A stretch of DNA of 61,828 nucleotides, counting the filler, from Choristocarpus tenellus KU-1152 (Eukaryota; Protista; Phaeophyceae), in the NCBI GenBank assembly GCA_964200185.2. It is 9 parts of 9 records of this genome, joined end to end, with 100 filler letters (N's around TTAATTAATTAA, not from the genome) between each part and the next. Parts side by side here need not be neighbours in the genome. Positions count along the whole stretch, not along the records: positions 1 to 24,682 come from CAXNAD020000202.1; 8 more parts are not named here. One strand, 5' to 3'. Numbering within the stretch: position 1 is the first letter of the stretch; each line of letters opens with the position of its first letter. The notes below the pieces were generated by a model. That model was not told the DNA's origin. It saw only the letters and a program-made list of their open reading frames with translations, and searched no databases. Below, in pieces: positions 1-12,450 of the stretch. The translations under genes were made by a program, and so were the position numbers.

Positions 1-968
1 CCACGCTCTTCCGCTCCCCCCTGGTTTAGCCCCCCCCCCCCCCCTCCCAGATACTTCGGGTCTCAAGTATTCTTGAGGGTTAATCCAGTGCCTCAAGCTC
101 TAGATTCTACTACAGAATACTCTGGAGTGTTACATGTGCTATCATTAGGCAGGGCATATTCTTATAATAATTTTTCTCTCAGGGAAGACAAATAATTTGA
201 CAAGGTGGGTCCATGAGCTGACCTCACTACATATTCCTCGGGGCCTTGCAACAGACCAGACAACTGCTACAGACAGGGCTGGACCTCAATCCAGCTCAGT
301 AAGGATGTTTTTTTAACAGGTTCAACCTATGGGGCCGTAAAGATTTTGAAATGGTCAGACCATGAGTCATCCCAGTAAAAAATATTTGCAAGGCGGGGTC
401 AGGACCGATAATGACTTTAACAAGCCAGGTATTGCTTCGGTAAATCTCAACATAAAAGTGAGGCATGGTGCAACCCAATGCTTAATTAAGCAAGTCAAAC
501 AATTTCAAGAAGATAGAAATTAAACGACTTCTGGATTAATTTATGATCATTTAAAACTATTATCCATCTAACGTCTCCAAAAATAAGAAAGCTGTCAGCT
601 AGAGAAACTCTCAGCAATATATTGATGGTGCAACGTTTTGTTTCATTTTCTTCCTTTTATTTAGAAGAAATAACAGGACATCCTGCACCAACTTTTTCAG
701 TTGATTATTACAGACTATTTTTGCTTTGTTTCAAAGCTCAAAAAAATGCAAATAATATTTCGAGGGCTGACTGACACACATATTTTAAAGCAGTACTTTG
801 CTCCGTAATCAGAGGAGACATCACCTCGACAAATCAAGCAAAATATAAATATTAAGGTCGATGCCTGTTGTAATTGTAGTATAAACTATAATTCTCACTG
901 TGTCTTCAAAAAATCCCCCAAAAATTCTTATCCGCTAAATAAGGCAGTGTTGAAGGCAGTACACCCAC

Positions 969-1337
969 CTGCCCCATCTGACAATGGACAGAACCAATTC
1001 TAGCCTAGGGGGTGCTACATCTTTCTGATCCTGCCCACGAAGTGTTTTGATAGTGCCAGAACTGATTCTTCCTGGTTTTGGTCCTTGAAAAAAACTATCA
1101 GCCATTAAATTGAAGGTGATACCTACATAAATTCTGAATTACCTTGGTCTAGCCTGGACTTGTTCTACCATCGAGATTTCCTTCACACAACATGCAATTA
1201 TCCTAGGTATATAAAAAGCACATACTACATTCGGATGTACCAGGAACACCCTCGTCTGGAAGCGAAGTCTTACCAATTTGCGAAGGTCGCCTCTTCGTCT
1301 CAATTCCTGGCTTTTTTTTCGTCACTGATACACGCAT
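969..1337 (-). CDS. Possible first two exons of a hypothetical protein gene (rest unresolved)
   Basis: Exon 1337-1274 (MRVSVTKKKPGIETKRRPSQI, donor G|GTAAG, phase 1) joins in frame to exon 1083-969 (acceptor ttttttcaag; PKPGRISSGTIKTLRGQDQKDVAPPRLELVLSIVRWG; donor AG|GTGGG). No convincing next exon and no recognisable domain. Confidence 0.3.
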
Positions 1338-2658
1338 TGCTCACAATTCCCTATTGTTCAGGTTTTGCCCTGGCACCCCACCCCCACCCCCCCTCCCAAT
1401 CTTGTCTCCTTGCCTCACTACCTTTCGCGATTTGCAAACAACATTAAGGGCACCTCTACTCCACCGCACACATCCTCCATTGGAGCCGGTATCTATCTAC
1501 CCTGCTTCTCCTTCTCCATTTAGAACAATACGAGTTACACTTGACAACTTTACGCAGTCTCTACCCATGAAATCCTGGTCACATCCGGAACCCACAAGGT
1601 GTCAAGCCGGTGACAAGAACACTTCAATGTACACTTACTCAATCAAGTCTTGAAGTGATTCACTGCCCTGGCCACTCCGCCTTTTGCCCACGAATATACA
1701 CCAGGCCTCCAACTTACCACTACTTCGAGAATCTCTACTTCTTACTAAAACCCCAATAGTCTCCACGCATTTTGGTTTTGGAGTTGTTTTTCTTTCATAT
1801 TGTAAAACCTTGAGAAGTATCTAGTCGTGCACTCATCCATGGTGTTATCAAGGTTAGTTTTCTCCCTGTAGTTTCTTCACGCCAATAATAGGCAAGTCGT
1901 TTTCGAGTTAATACCAGAAGATCCTTCATAATAGGTCATAAATTGCACCACTACTACCTGTGAACAAAGTCCAGAATATGATTGAATTGGTTCGATGAAG
2001 TGAGTTTTATTTTTTCCATGACTTTGATGTTGCATGACAAATTTTTCCTTCTCAATAATCGACCCCCCACACAACATGTCCCTTATTGTCTCTACTCATG
2101 ATCCACACTACTTGTCCTCATCACAACCAAAAGAAAAAAGAAGTTGTATTCGCCAAATCCAAACCTTTTGCCACTAGGTCCATTTTTGTTCTGTTCTAAG
2201 AAAGAAGTACCAAATACTCCGTTGACCTCTCTAGTATTACGGACCATGAGAGGTTGATGAGATTGTGACAGGAGAAGTGTGGTGGAAGTGCGTATTCAAA
2301 TGAAGTATAATGTATCGAACACAAATAATCCAAAGTTTGAACATGTACGTTGAGAAAACGGCAAATGGCAATTAAATGGTAAAGGTAGATAATTAAATTG
2401 TATGGTTTTGTTCTGATGATATTTTACAATACTTCCTACACTACTGATATACTACTTGGATAGAATATAACCTCCACCTATCACTAATTGTGTGTGAGAT
2501 CAGACAATTAATTATCTTTCTACATTTGAAATATTTGGTGAGAGTTTAGATTTGTCGCGCCATTTACTTTTTCCCGCTCTAACCCTTAACACTCACCGTT
2601 TCCCATTATATATATCCGTGTACAATACGTTGAGGCAATGAGGACCTTTTGATGCCAG

Positions 2659-5600
2659 GCTTGGCCCCTCAATCGGACAACTTGTGCAAAGGGTAACCAC
2701 CATGTTGAAGGCAGGTGGTCTAAAGGGGACCATGCAGCAGTGCCTCCAGGAGCTGCGGGATACTGACCTTCCAGCAGACTTCAAGCTGAAGCAGACACGA
2801 TCCCTTCTTCGTTACCTCCGGGAAGTGTCAGGTCTGGTGGAGCACATCAAGAGCGAGTCAGGGTGGGAATGTGACACAACTTCCTACTTGGAGATCCTTA
2901 GTGCTAAGGAGGATTCGAACCTCCTCCGACGTATTTCGGACACCAGAATCCTGAAGCAGGTAACTATGACAGCACGAGGGCTTACAGGTTCACCCGCCAA
3001 GCTGGCCTCGGACAAGAACAGAGTACACTTAAAATATCCTTCCTCCTCCACAGGATTTTGATGACAAGCGTCGAGAGTGGCGGAAACAGAAGAAGAACAT
3101 GATCAATGCTATCAGCGAAATGAAGGCCCGAGCCCTCAAGTTCGAGTGCACCGAGCGAAGGACCATCGCACTATACGCAATCCAGTACTACAAGGTGACT
3201 TGGGTGGCATCAGTGAGGGGTGTACCATGTACCTGATGCGGAAACGTGGTCCAACCCTTGAAATTCTAGAGCGTTGCTGATCTATCCTGGCAGTGTGCAG
3301 CTTTTAAGTGACCGACCCCTTGCTAACCGTCTCTAACCCAACTTAATGCTCTCGCACGAACAGAACCTTATGACTGCTTCTGATGGAGCAATTCCAGGGG
3401 AGAGTGAAAGCACAGATGGTCTTGTTGAGCAATATCGAAGGTGAGTGCTCCAGATAGGTGTGCATAATACTCAACTTTTCTAAGTTTGGTGGGTACATCA
3501 AAAGTTGTGTATGCAACTGCAGTCTAAGGAATAGGAGCAAACGCATCCCATCAACCGAACGACTACCTGGGGAAATTCTGACACGTGTAACTCGCTCCTG
3601 TTAGGCACCGAGACGAAATATCTAAGATTCCAATGTACACTGATAGCATCGTGAAGATGCTTAAGGATATTCGCAGAACGGTGAGGGCGTCTGCCAAGAT
3701 TCAGCCTGGAACTAATGCCTTCACTCAGTTTTTGGATGAGGTACGTTGAATTCACTTGAGGGGGGTAAATTTTAGCATGAGGGGTTGTGATTGAGGTACG
3801 TGCTTGCACGAAAAAACACGAATTTGCAGCCTTGTAGGGTTCATTCCACCGATACCTTGGTTGCTGTTGTCCCTCGCATTGTGAGACAAAGTAATGTACT
3901 ATCCACATTATTTTGGAGTTGTGAATTGCGAATTATGTGTCTGTGTTTTCTGCCGAATATATATGAAATAATATTATATGCGGGTCTGACTACGCCACCA
4001 CTAACCCTACCCACAATTATCTCATGCGTAGTGGTGGGCCTCTGTGGTGAGCTTCCTGCAGCATTCGTCCATTGTTAATGCTGAGAGAAACGCAAGGGAA
4101 GTAATGCAGGTGAGTTCACACTCCTTTTGGGGACCATGAGTTTCTTTATTCAGTTGTACCTGTTAGTATGACACTATTCACTTTTGTGGATGATTTGTCA
4201 TAGGTGTCACAATTTCTGCAATTGATTAATGAGAGGAGGGCTTATTTGAATAATCAACACAACCAAAAATGTATTTTGAAACGGATAATCACCCAACTTG
4301 GAAAGGTTGAATTATATGATGACCTCTCATCCGTTAAATTCAATGAGGACAGAGGGTTTGAACTCATGTCATGCACATTTTCACACCTGATGCAGTTGCT
4401 GTCACCTTAGATCACCATCAGATGGTGGCTCATCATGACCCCTTTTTTTTTGTTTGAGGTTAGTTAGGTTGAAAAGTAATACATGCTACAATGTACAATA
4501 TACAATATACAATATACAATACACAATACACAATACACAATACATGTTTGGTCTACAATATTTGTACAAGGGTGAATTGACCATCAGATGAAAATGAAGG
4601 TATTGCTTCCGTAGGGATAGGGAGCAAGGGAGTGAGATACACAGAGTTGCACTAGAGTGTCAGAGATACACACACCATCAGCAACAAACCAAGTATACAT
4701 GGCATCTATGGGGACAGCATGAGACAAGATATGCTTGAAAGTACTCTATCACTGACATAGCTAGAATTGTTGACCCTGCCCATCATATCAGACCTTGAAG
4801 AGGCTTAAGGGAAAGCAGGAGGAAAACAAAAAAAGGGAAATGACACGCTTGCTCTCCAAGCTTGATGCCCATGGGGACTTACCCCTGCTGCCTCTGCCCA
4901 CAGCCAAGGAAGAAGAGCCGGAGTTGTGCCAGGAAACTCTTTCAAACCCTGAAGAAACTGTGCGGTGAGCAAGGCATGCCCGTTTGTTGTTGATATCATA
5001 TCTAAGTTGGGAATACATTCAAGCTTTGGCTAGGTAGGCTAGTTGCCATCAAGGCCTGTAGCAGTGGTTCATTTGATGTTATCTTGTTCTTGTTGGTAAC
5101 TCTTGAGTACTGTGGTGATGTTGTTTGCCCTCCTTGTCTGTATTCCTCTGAGAAGCCAATATGGTCATGCCGTTACTTTTGTGTTTATTCAACTGCATCA
5201 TATACCAAGGTTGGGGTATAAATCTAGCTGATATTTTTGCCCGCCTTTGCTAGAGAGTCAAGAGATTTCTCACACGTGTACGTAAGTTATTTTCTTTTTG
5301 TTTGGGCTGCAGACCAATAATAATAATAATAATAATAGTAACAATAATAACAATAGTAACAATAGTAAGCACACATTGTGTTACTGGTTGATTTTATTGG
5401 TCTTCCATCCACGAGCCTTTTCAGGTCAAGTGAAAGGAGGGAGAATAGTTGTATTATTCCTCAGGAAAGCCAGGATCAGACAATGTGGGAGGAGAATATT
5501 CGCAGCGAGAGCGACGGGGATGGAGATGATGAGGGTGTAACTGTATTCCAGCTTGCAGGGAAGGCAGGCAAGGACTCGGATGCACTGGACTTGCCAGATA

Positions 5601-8600
5601 GTATCAGTCTAACAAGCAGTGAGGATTTGGGTGATATTGATGGGAGAGCATCATTTGGAAATTTGAGCTGTATTGGCGTGAAAAACCTTATGCTGGATAT
5701 TGGAAACACCAGTTCTACAAGCTGGGATGGAGCTAGTGAGATGACTGCTGGTACAGATACAGGAACAGATAGGGATATCAACACAATCTCAGGTTCAGGG
5801 CTACCAAGGGAGGATGATAGCGATGATGAGGAGGATGATGACCTATTTGAGGCAGCAGACAGTATGGACCTTGGTGCTGTGGCACTCTGTGTGAGTCTTG
5901 ATGTGTGGTCCATGATATTTTTTGTTCAGGTGTACATTTATTGTTGGGTAGTAATGTGATTATTGTCATTAGTGTCATTATTATCATTAATGTCATTATT
6001 ACTCCACTGCTTCAGAAGGGGTGTGGCACAATTGACATGTAGAGTTGAAGCTAGTCAATGTTACTTCATGTTGAAGGAAGCCTACATCTAAAGTATGTGC
6101 GTTTTTGTTCTTTTAATTTACTACAAATAAATAGGCTGCACCAAATGGGGGAGCAACATACCAGGATGTGACTCAAACACCAAGTGCTCTTCGATATCTC
6201 ACAGACAAGCTTGGGGTGGAGCAGGCAAGCTGAAAAGAAATAGTTAACTTCTCTAGAGTACTAGGGGGTTCTATTTTGCATTGTCTTTTTGCATGGGCTT
6301 GTGTAGATTCACTTCAAGAGTTCTCGAAGGTTTAGAGTTAGGGTTAGGGTTAGCTCTATGGTCTCAACTTAAATTTTGTCGAGATAAAAAATGCCATGAT
6401 TTCAACCCCCTGTTAATGTTTGTGAGGTGAGGCTGTTTGTCATTATTCACATTTTTGATGCGTCACTTTTTGCATTGTTGCATTATTACATTGTTGCAGA
6501 GTCCCCTCCCTTGTATCAATGTATTTGTTCTCCGATTGAATGTTGAATGATGGTCTATCTGATACTTTAACCTCTGTTAACAGCAACGCTACTCAGCTGC
6601 ACTGGACTACTTTCGGCAGGAGCAGGAGCTTTTTCGTGGAAAGGCGGTAAGATGTCCTCTGTTGCATGTTTGTTTCCATTTGGTTGTGTCATGTAATACC
6701 AGTGCAATGACTGCACTAATTTCAGCATTATCAATGCCAGTACAATGACTACACTAATTTCAGCATTATCAATACCAGTGCAATGACTACACTAATTTCA
6801 GCATTATCAATACCAGTACAAAGGCTGCACTAGTTTCAGCACTAACAATACCAGTACAAAGGCTGCACTAGTTTCAGCATTATCAATACCAGTACAAAGG
6901 CTGCACTAGTTTCAGCATTATCAATACCAGTACAATGACTACACTAATATGAGCATCATCATTATCGTATGCTATTTTTAGACTACGGTGTGTCCATTAT
7001 TATCATAAACTGTCTTCAACCACAACAGCGTTTATGTCCATATAAATCAGGAGCGTTAGAGGATAATGTGTCAAAATCTAGTATGAAGTTACAACACAGG
7101 TATCAAGAGTACACTCCGACTTGAGAGCCTCTGCATGTGTCTTCCGTGGGCACGCTCTCACCAGTTTTGATCCTTAATGGCATTCTTGTCATTTAGCCTT
7201 CTTGCCCAGTTGGTGTCCTCCTGGATATACACGATCTATTTCTAGCAGACTCCTTGTGACCACACTCAATCATGAAGTGAGGTCTACGAATTGAAATGAT
7301 TTGAGGACACTGTAACCTCACTTGGTCTAGGGTACAAGGACTCATCCCTCAGTGGCTTGTATTATATATACTCTTTATAATATGATAGCCTCATTACACA
7401 TTATAATTGTCCAAGAGTAAGCTTGGTAGCTTTGCCAGTCAAGCACAACTATCCAACGTGCCAATCCGAATACCATACTTGTATATATGAAACCTCCAAT
7501 CTGTCTCCGCAGTGTAGAGAGCATAGTGTAATGTGTAGAACATAGACCAGTAGAAAAGTTGGTATCATATATTTTTTTGTGGCACACTATAAATCACCTA
7601 CCTACAACCCAAGGTTAACTACTTCTGTTCTTACTTGTAAGTCTCAGCAGCATTAGCATCCCTGTTCATGTGTCAGTTGCATTAAACGAAATATTGTGTT
7701 GAACAGTATGCTAGAGACTCTTAAGACTTAAAAGTCTTTGAGGATTATTTTTGTTATTTTATGAGGTAGTGCTTTGACTATATGTGGAAGTGTGGAGCTA
7801 CATGAGTACCAAAGATGCCTATGCTCTCCATCCCCCTGCTTCCACAGGCAGCACTCCCCCCCCCACCGTCACCGTCACGTGCTCGCCTGAAGAGTGGCGC
7901 CAGGATAAGTGAAAATAAACTGGGGGGAACTGAACAAGGGCATGAGGAAGGGGCAGGAAGAAGAGGTTCAATACTGCCAAGCAGGTATGCTACCAAGCAT
8001 GTCCTTGAGGACATTGAGGGTGCATTTATAATGCCAAACAGAATTTCTTCATCAAACCCTGCTACATATACTATTCATAATGTTGGGATTTTATTAAAGA
8101 TGTTTGATTGCATGGAGAAAACACCATTGTGCGTGTGATAGAGTACTCTCTACCACACATATGTTGCTGAGAAGTACTTCAAGTAGAGGTAGTATGATAC
8201 TGTAGTGTTTTCATTTCTCCTGGGCTGTGTGTGTTATGGAATGGTCATTGCATCTGTGTGTACTAGGGAATTTTGTCAATTGGTGCAACAGAGTTTCCCT
8301 TTGGTACTTTTTTTTTGGTAAAAGTTGATACCAGGGGTTTGAAGATGTTTTCTGTGAGTTGATACAATTATTGTCGCAAGTTGGAAAATTTTGTTGCATT
8401 AAGAAAAACTTTGTCACGAGAAGTCAGTCACCTTTTTCATTTTTCCCACTTTTTTAGAGAGTCGAAATATTTGGTTGCTTGTTAATGGAGCATTTCCTAG
8501 TCGCCCACCCACCCAGTCATAATGCTCTTTTCTGGTTAGTGATGTTTAGAATGGTTCAATACTCTCGTTCATACTTGATAATGGTGGTGAAGGAGATATT

Positions 8601-9300
8601 ACAGTTCCCTGTTGACACATGTTGCACTTTTTGTTACTAGTCATCCATCTTTTTTTTTATTGTGTGCAACCCTAGCCCTATCCCAGTAGTCAATAGCATT
8701 GTTTTGAAGACCAAACTTGGAGAAGCAGAGCACACTGAGGCTTGCTGAAGGATGTTTTTCTTGCTGGAGGGTGCTCATTACAATTTATATCTTGTTGAGC
8801 TCATCTGACCTCTCTTCCAGGGTTAAAATTCAACTGGTTTTAGCAGTGATTGGATACTCTAGTAGAAGCAATAGATAGTCAGGCAATCAATCTCTCATTA
8901 TCAATGTTGTAGTGATCTGGAGGCACACAGAAAAAATTGCTTTCAAACTCATCCCAAATAGAGAGGGGAAGTGAAGTGAACCATTTACCATCTGCACACT
9001 TCAAATCTGACTTGTCTTTGATTACATTTTCAGTTTGATTTGTAAAAATCAAGTAAAGTTGGCTATGTCCCTAAGCATGTTTCTGCATCTCTCCTCATGA
9101 CTCCATCTCATCTCTCTATTTAGGAGGAATGTCATGTGGAAGAGTTCTACAATTCTTGAGTCACCACGGCCACAATCACTCTACCTACCTAGGAGTGCAT
9201 CACAGCGAGGAATCATGGGCAGACAGTCCAAGGGTGCTCTTGCTTCACCAAGGGTACCTACCCCACGCTGCAAAACGTCCATGACTCCGTTGGCAGAGAA
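2659..9300 (+). CDS. Multi-exon hypothetical protein (helical N-terminal part, long acidic low-complexity middle, basic Pro/Ser-rich tail); 5' and 3' ends unresolved
   Basis: Eleven phase-compatible exons read without stops: 2659-2959, 3364-3440, 3605-3740, 4032-4109, 4204-4305, 4792-4964, 5425-5890, 6135-6224, 6584-6646, ~7815-7984, 9124-9300. A possible last exon lies at ~10764-10956. No domain recognised. Confidence 0.75.
4494..4543. repeat. 7-bp tandem repeat (TACAATA/CACAATA)
   Basis: About 7 copies seen directly, intronic. Confidence 0.85.
6695..6960. repeat. 38-bp minisatellite, ~7 copies
   Basis: Unit AATACCAGTRCAA(T/A)G(A/G)CTRCACTARTTTCAGCATTATC starts at 6695, 6733, 6771, 6809, 6847, 6885, 6923. 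Intronic, no spacers. Confidence 0.95.
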
Positions 9301-12300
9301 GTAAGATAGTGGGTGTGTGTATATTGAGATTTTTTGTATGCACATTTCAGTAATGTGGTATAGTTTTTTGTGTTTGTATGTATCTCTGGTTGAGTGCTGT
9401 TGTACTGGTGTCACTGTACCTACTACTGGAGTATACCGGTAGCAATATCATACTACTAATGTGAATGGTTTCTGTGGGAGTGATTTGCACTGCAGGTGGA
9501 TATTGATTGGGCTGTGAGGAGATTATTTGTTGTTCATGTGGGAATGAGATGTGTGAGCCTGGGTGCCATCAGGCACCATCACCATGTACAGTAGGACCCA
9601 TTTGATCAGTAGGACCATTAGTGGTATGTAGAGGTGTCTCCAAGAACAGCAGCACATCTAGAGCTTACCTGTTGGATGGGGTGGTAGGGGGAAGTCAGGT
9701 GGTGACTCAATGAGCGCATCACGCTGGCTCCATCATGTACTGGTTGCATTCATATTATTGTTGAAGCATTTCACAGGATACCAGACAACACCAAAATGGT
9801 TATGTCATGCAAACTATGAAATGTTCTTGATTTCTCTTTCATGCCACTGACACCACAAGACAAGCAATATATCATGTTAGCACATTAGTGAGGGATGTTG
9901 ATGTTTGCGGTCTTTGTCTGTCATGATTTTTGGAGGTACCTCTCCAACGGTTCCACCTACCAGGTCATACAAGAAGTAGGCAGAGGGGTATGTTGTTTGT
10001 GCAGAAGTTTCTGTGTATGTGTGGGGGTGTAAGCGTTATGTGCAATAGGAACTGCAGATTTGCTGGGAAAATAGTCACAATACATGTCATGTAATTCTTA
10101 GCTTCAACTACATGCGGAGGTCACTCCCATAGCATCGTCTGAATAATATTATTATCACAAGCTGTACCAATGCTATGACACTGTCATACACAATATTTGC
10201 ATTGCGGCAAGGTTCCTGTTCAACACCAATTTTGTTGGTTTGCCCACCACTGTGTGAAGTTTTGACACAAGGTTTTGACAATTGCAAAATTTTGAATATG
10301 AAAAATGTTACCTGTTTCAAGGGTATTCTGCCATCATCCCACCACAAGAGGCATGGATATATATTGTTGATGCTAATAATGTAGCAGACTTGCTACAAAC
10401 TTAGGTTTTGGGATGCAGTAGCATTTGTACAAGAGCTCTATCACTACTAGTTCACTAGCAAAGGTGGTATGTGTAGAAGACTGTCTTTACATATGTTTTG
10501 ATTTGAACACTGGTCAATTCTGAGCCTTGCATGCCCTGGGTAAAGTTAGGCTAGCGTGTTACTCTGAAATCCAGTGTTTGGGGTCATTATTATGGCGGGT
10601 AAGTAACCCTAGTTCTGGCAGATGAGCTCTAGTGACAGCATGTATTGTTTCAAGAACCCCTTGGAGTATTAATAGTCGCTGAGTATTGGATGTTTTATTA
10701 TATTTTAAGAGTACATACAATGCTGTCTTTGTACAAAAAAACTGTGGTTACGTCTGTGTACAGTCTGTGCAGTGTGAAGGAGGAGAAATTGTTGCAGTCC
10801 AGGATTTGTTTTACTAGACGGAGGGATCTTCAGACACACCTACAAAGTTTGGGGATACTACATCTTTTGTTAAATTGTATTTTACATCGTGTTGTGGAAC
10901 TCGGATACACTGAACAACCTGGTGTGAAGCTGTACATCCAGCATGTATCATGTTAGTTGTATTGTAGTGAGTGGTCTGTACTTGGTAACTATATGTAGTA
11001 TTGGTACTAATAGAGTATTTGAACTTTTTGAAGAATTGTAGGTATTACAGTAGATAGAACAGTACACTGTACCAAGTACTACACCAAAGTGTGCTACAGC
11101 AATTCTTCTCAGTGATACAGACTGGTTACTTCAGCCTTTTCTATTGTACATGTTGAGAGTGCGTAAGAGTGTACCCTGCACCCTAGCCCTGACTAATAGG
11201 CCCCCAGAAAGAATGGTTGAGCATCTAGTTCCTGGTTGTACAGTTAATTTTATTGAGGTTTATTATCCACCCGCACGGCTTCACAATATCCACCTGCCAA
11301 CTAAACTTGACCTTGGGGCCACTCTTTGCAAAAATAAAAGGATTCTTTTTATTGGTCAATGTTCCGGGAAAATAGGCATTGTTCTAAAATTGGCTTAAAC
11401 CAGCTCTACAAAAAAATAGCGACATGTGCACTTTCAGAGTGGCTGCAATGCTCCTTTGGCATCATTCCTATACTCCGAGCACACTGAACTACTGCATATA
11501 AATTTTATCCATTTTTCGGTTAGAGCATCATCAACTGTATTTTCTGTGTGCTCTTATTCAAGGTTGTCCAATATAGTCCTTGCAGAGCGTTCAACACTAA
11601 ACCTGTTTCTTCCTCACATTGTTGGTTGACTTGTTAACTAAACAGCCAAATGGACACAATAATAACATATTTTGCATATACTAATAAAGAACAGCCCTTG
11701 TGTGCGAACTGAGGAGTGATCACATTTCATTCCAAAGGCAGCATTCTCATTGCTCCATCAACACTTCAACACCTAAGTGAAACACCAGTATGATAGACTC
11801 ACCTTGAGGCAAAAACACATAATATGCCAATGTCATAAATTTCTCATATTTCGCAGTGTGGGTTTATTGAGACAAGAGCAGAGTATGATACAGTAATGTC
11901 TAGTCATGTCCACACCACTACCCTGATCTTGGAATATCTTCAAGGAGGACTACTTTGGTTTTGTGGTGAAAGGGTCCAAGAGAACCATGCACAAGACATG
12001 TAATTGGATTAATGATTTTTTGTCCTTGTGAACTTCAGCACGCACTGTCCTTTGACACATTTTCCACTCTATTCAGTTGGGCGATGTAGGCCCCATGTAG
12101 ACATATTGGGACCAGAGGCAGGTAATGCATTAATACTGATCATGAACAAGGTATACATTTGTATAAAAATAGTAAACAGTATCATTAATAGAAAAGAAGG
12201 AACGACAGAGATTAGAAAAGAAAAACTGCTGATCCCATGTGCAAAAAACTTCACTGTTGGTAATAGTGCACCCACTAAACTAGTCCCTCAACAACGAGGT

Positions 12301-12450
12301 TGCATCTTCCACTATTAATCTTAGTTCTACCACTACTACTACTAGGTCATTTTCATTCGCCACCTCTAAAATCATTTGCATCATTGAGGATAGGAACCAT
12401 TGCATCCCCAACAGCAACAGCCCTCCCTGACCACATTTCCACATTACAAC

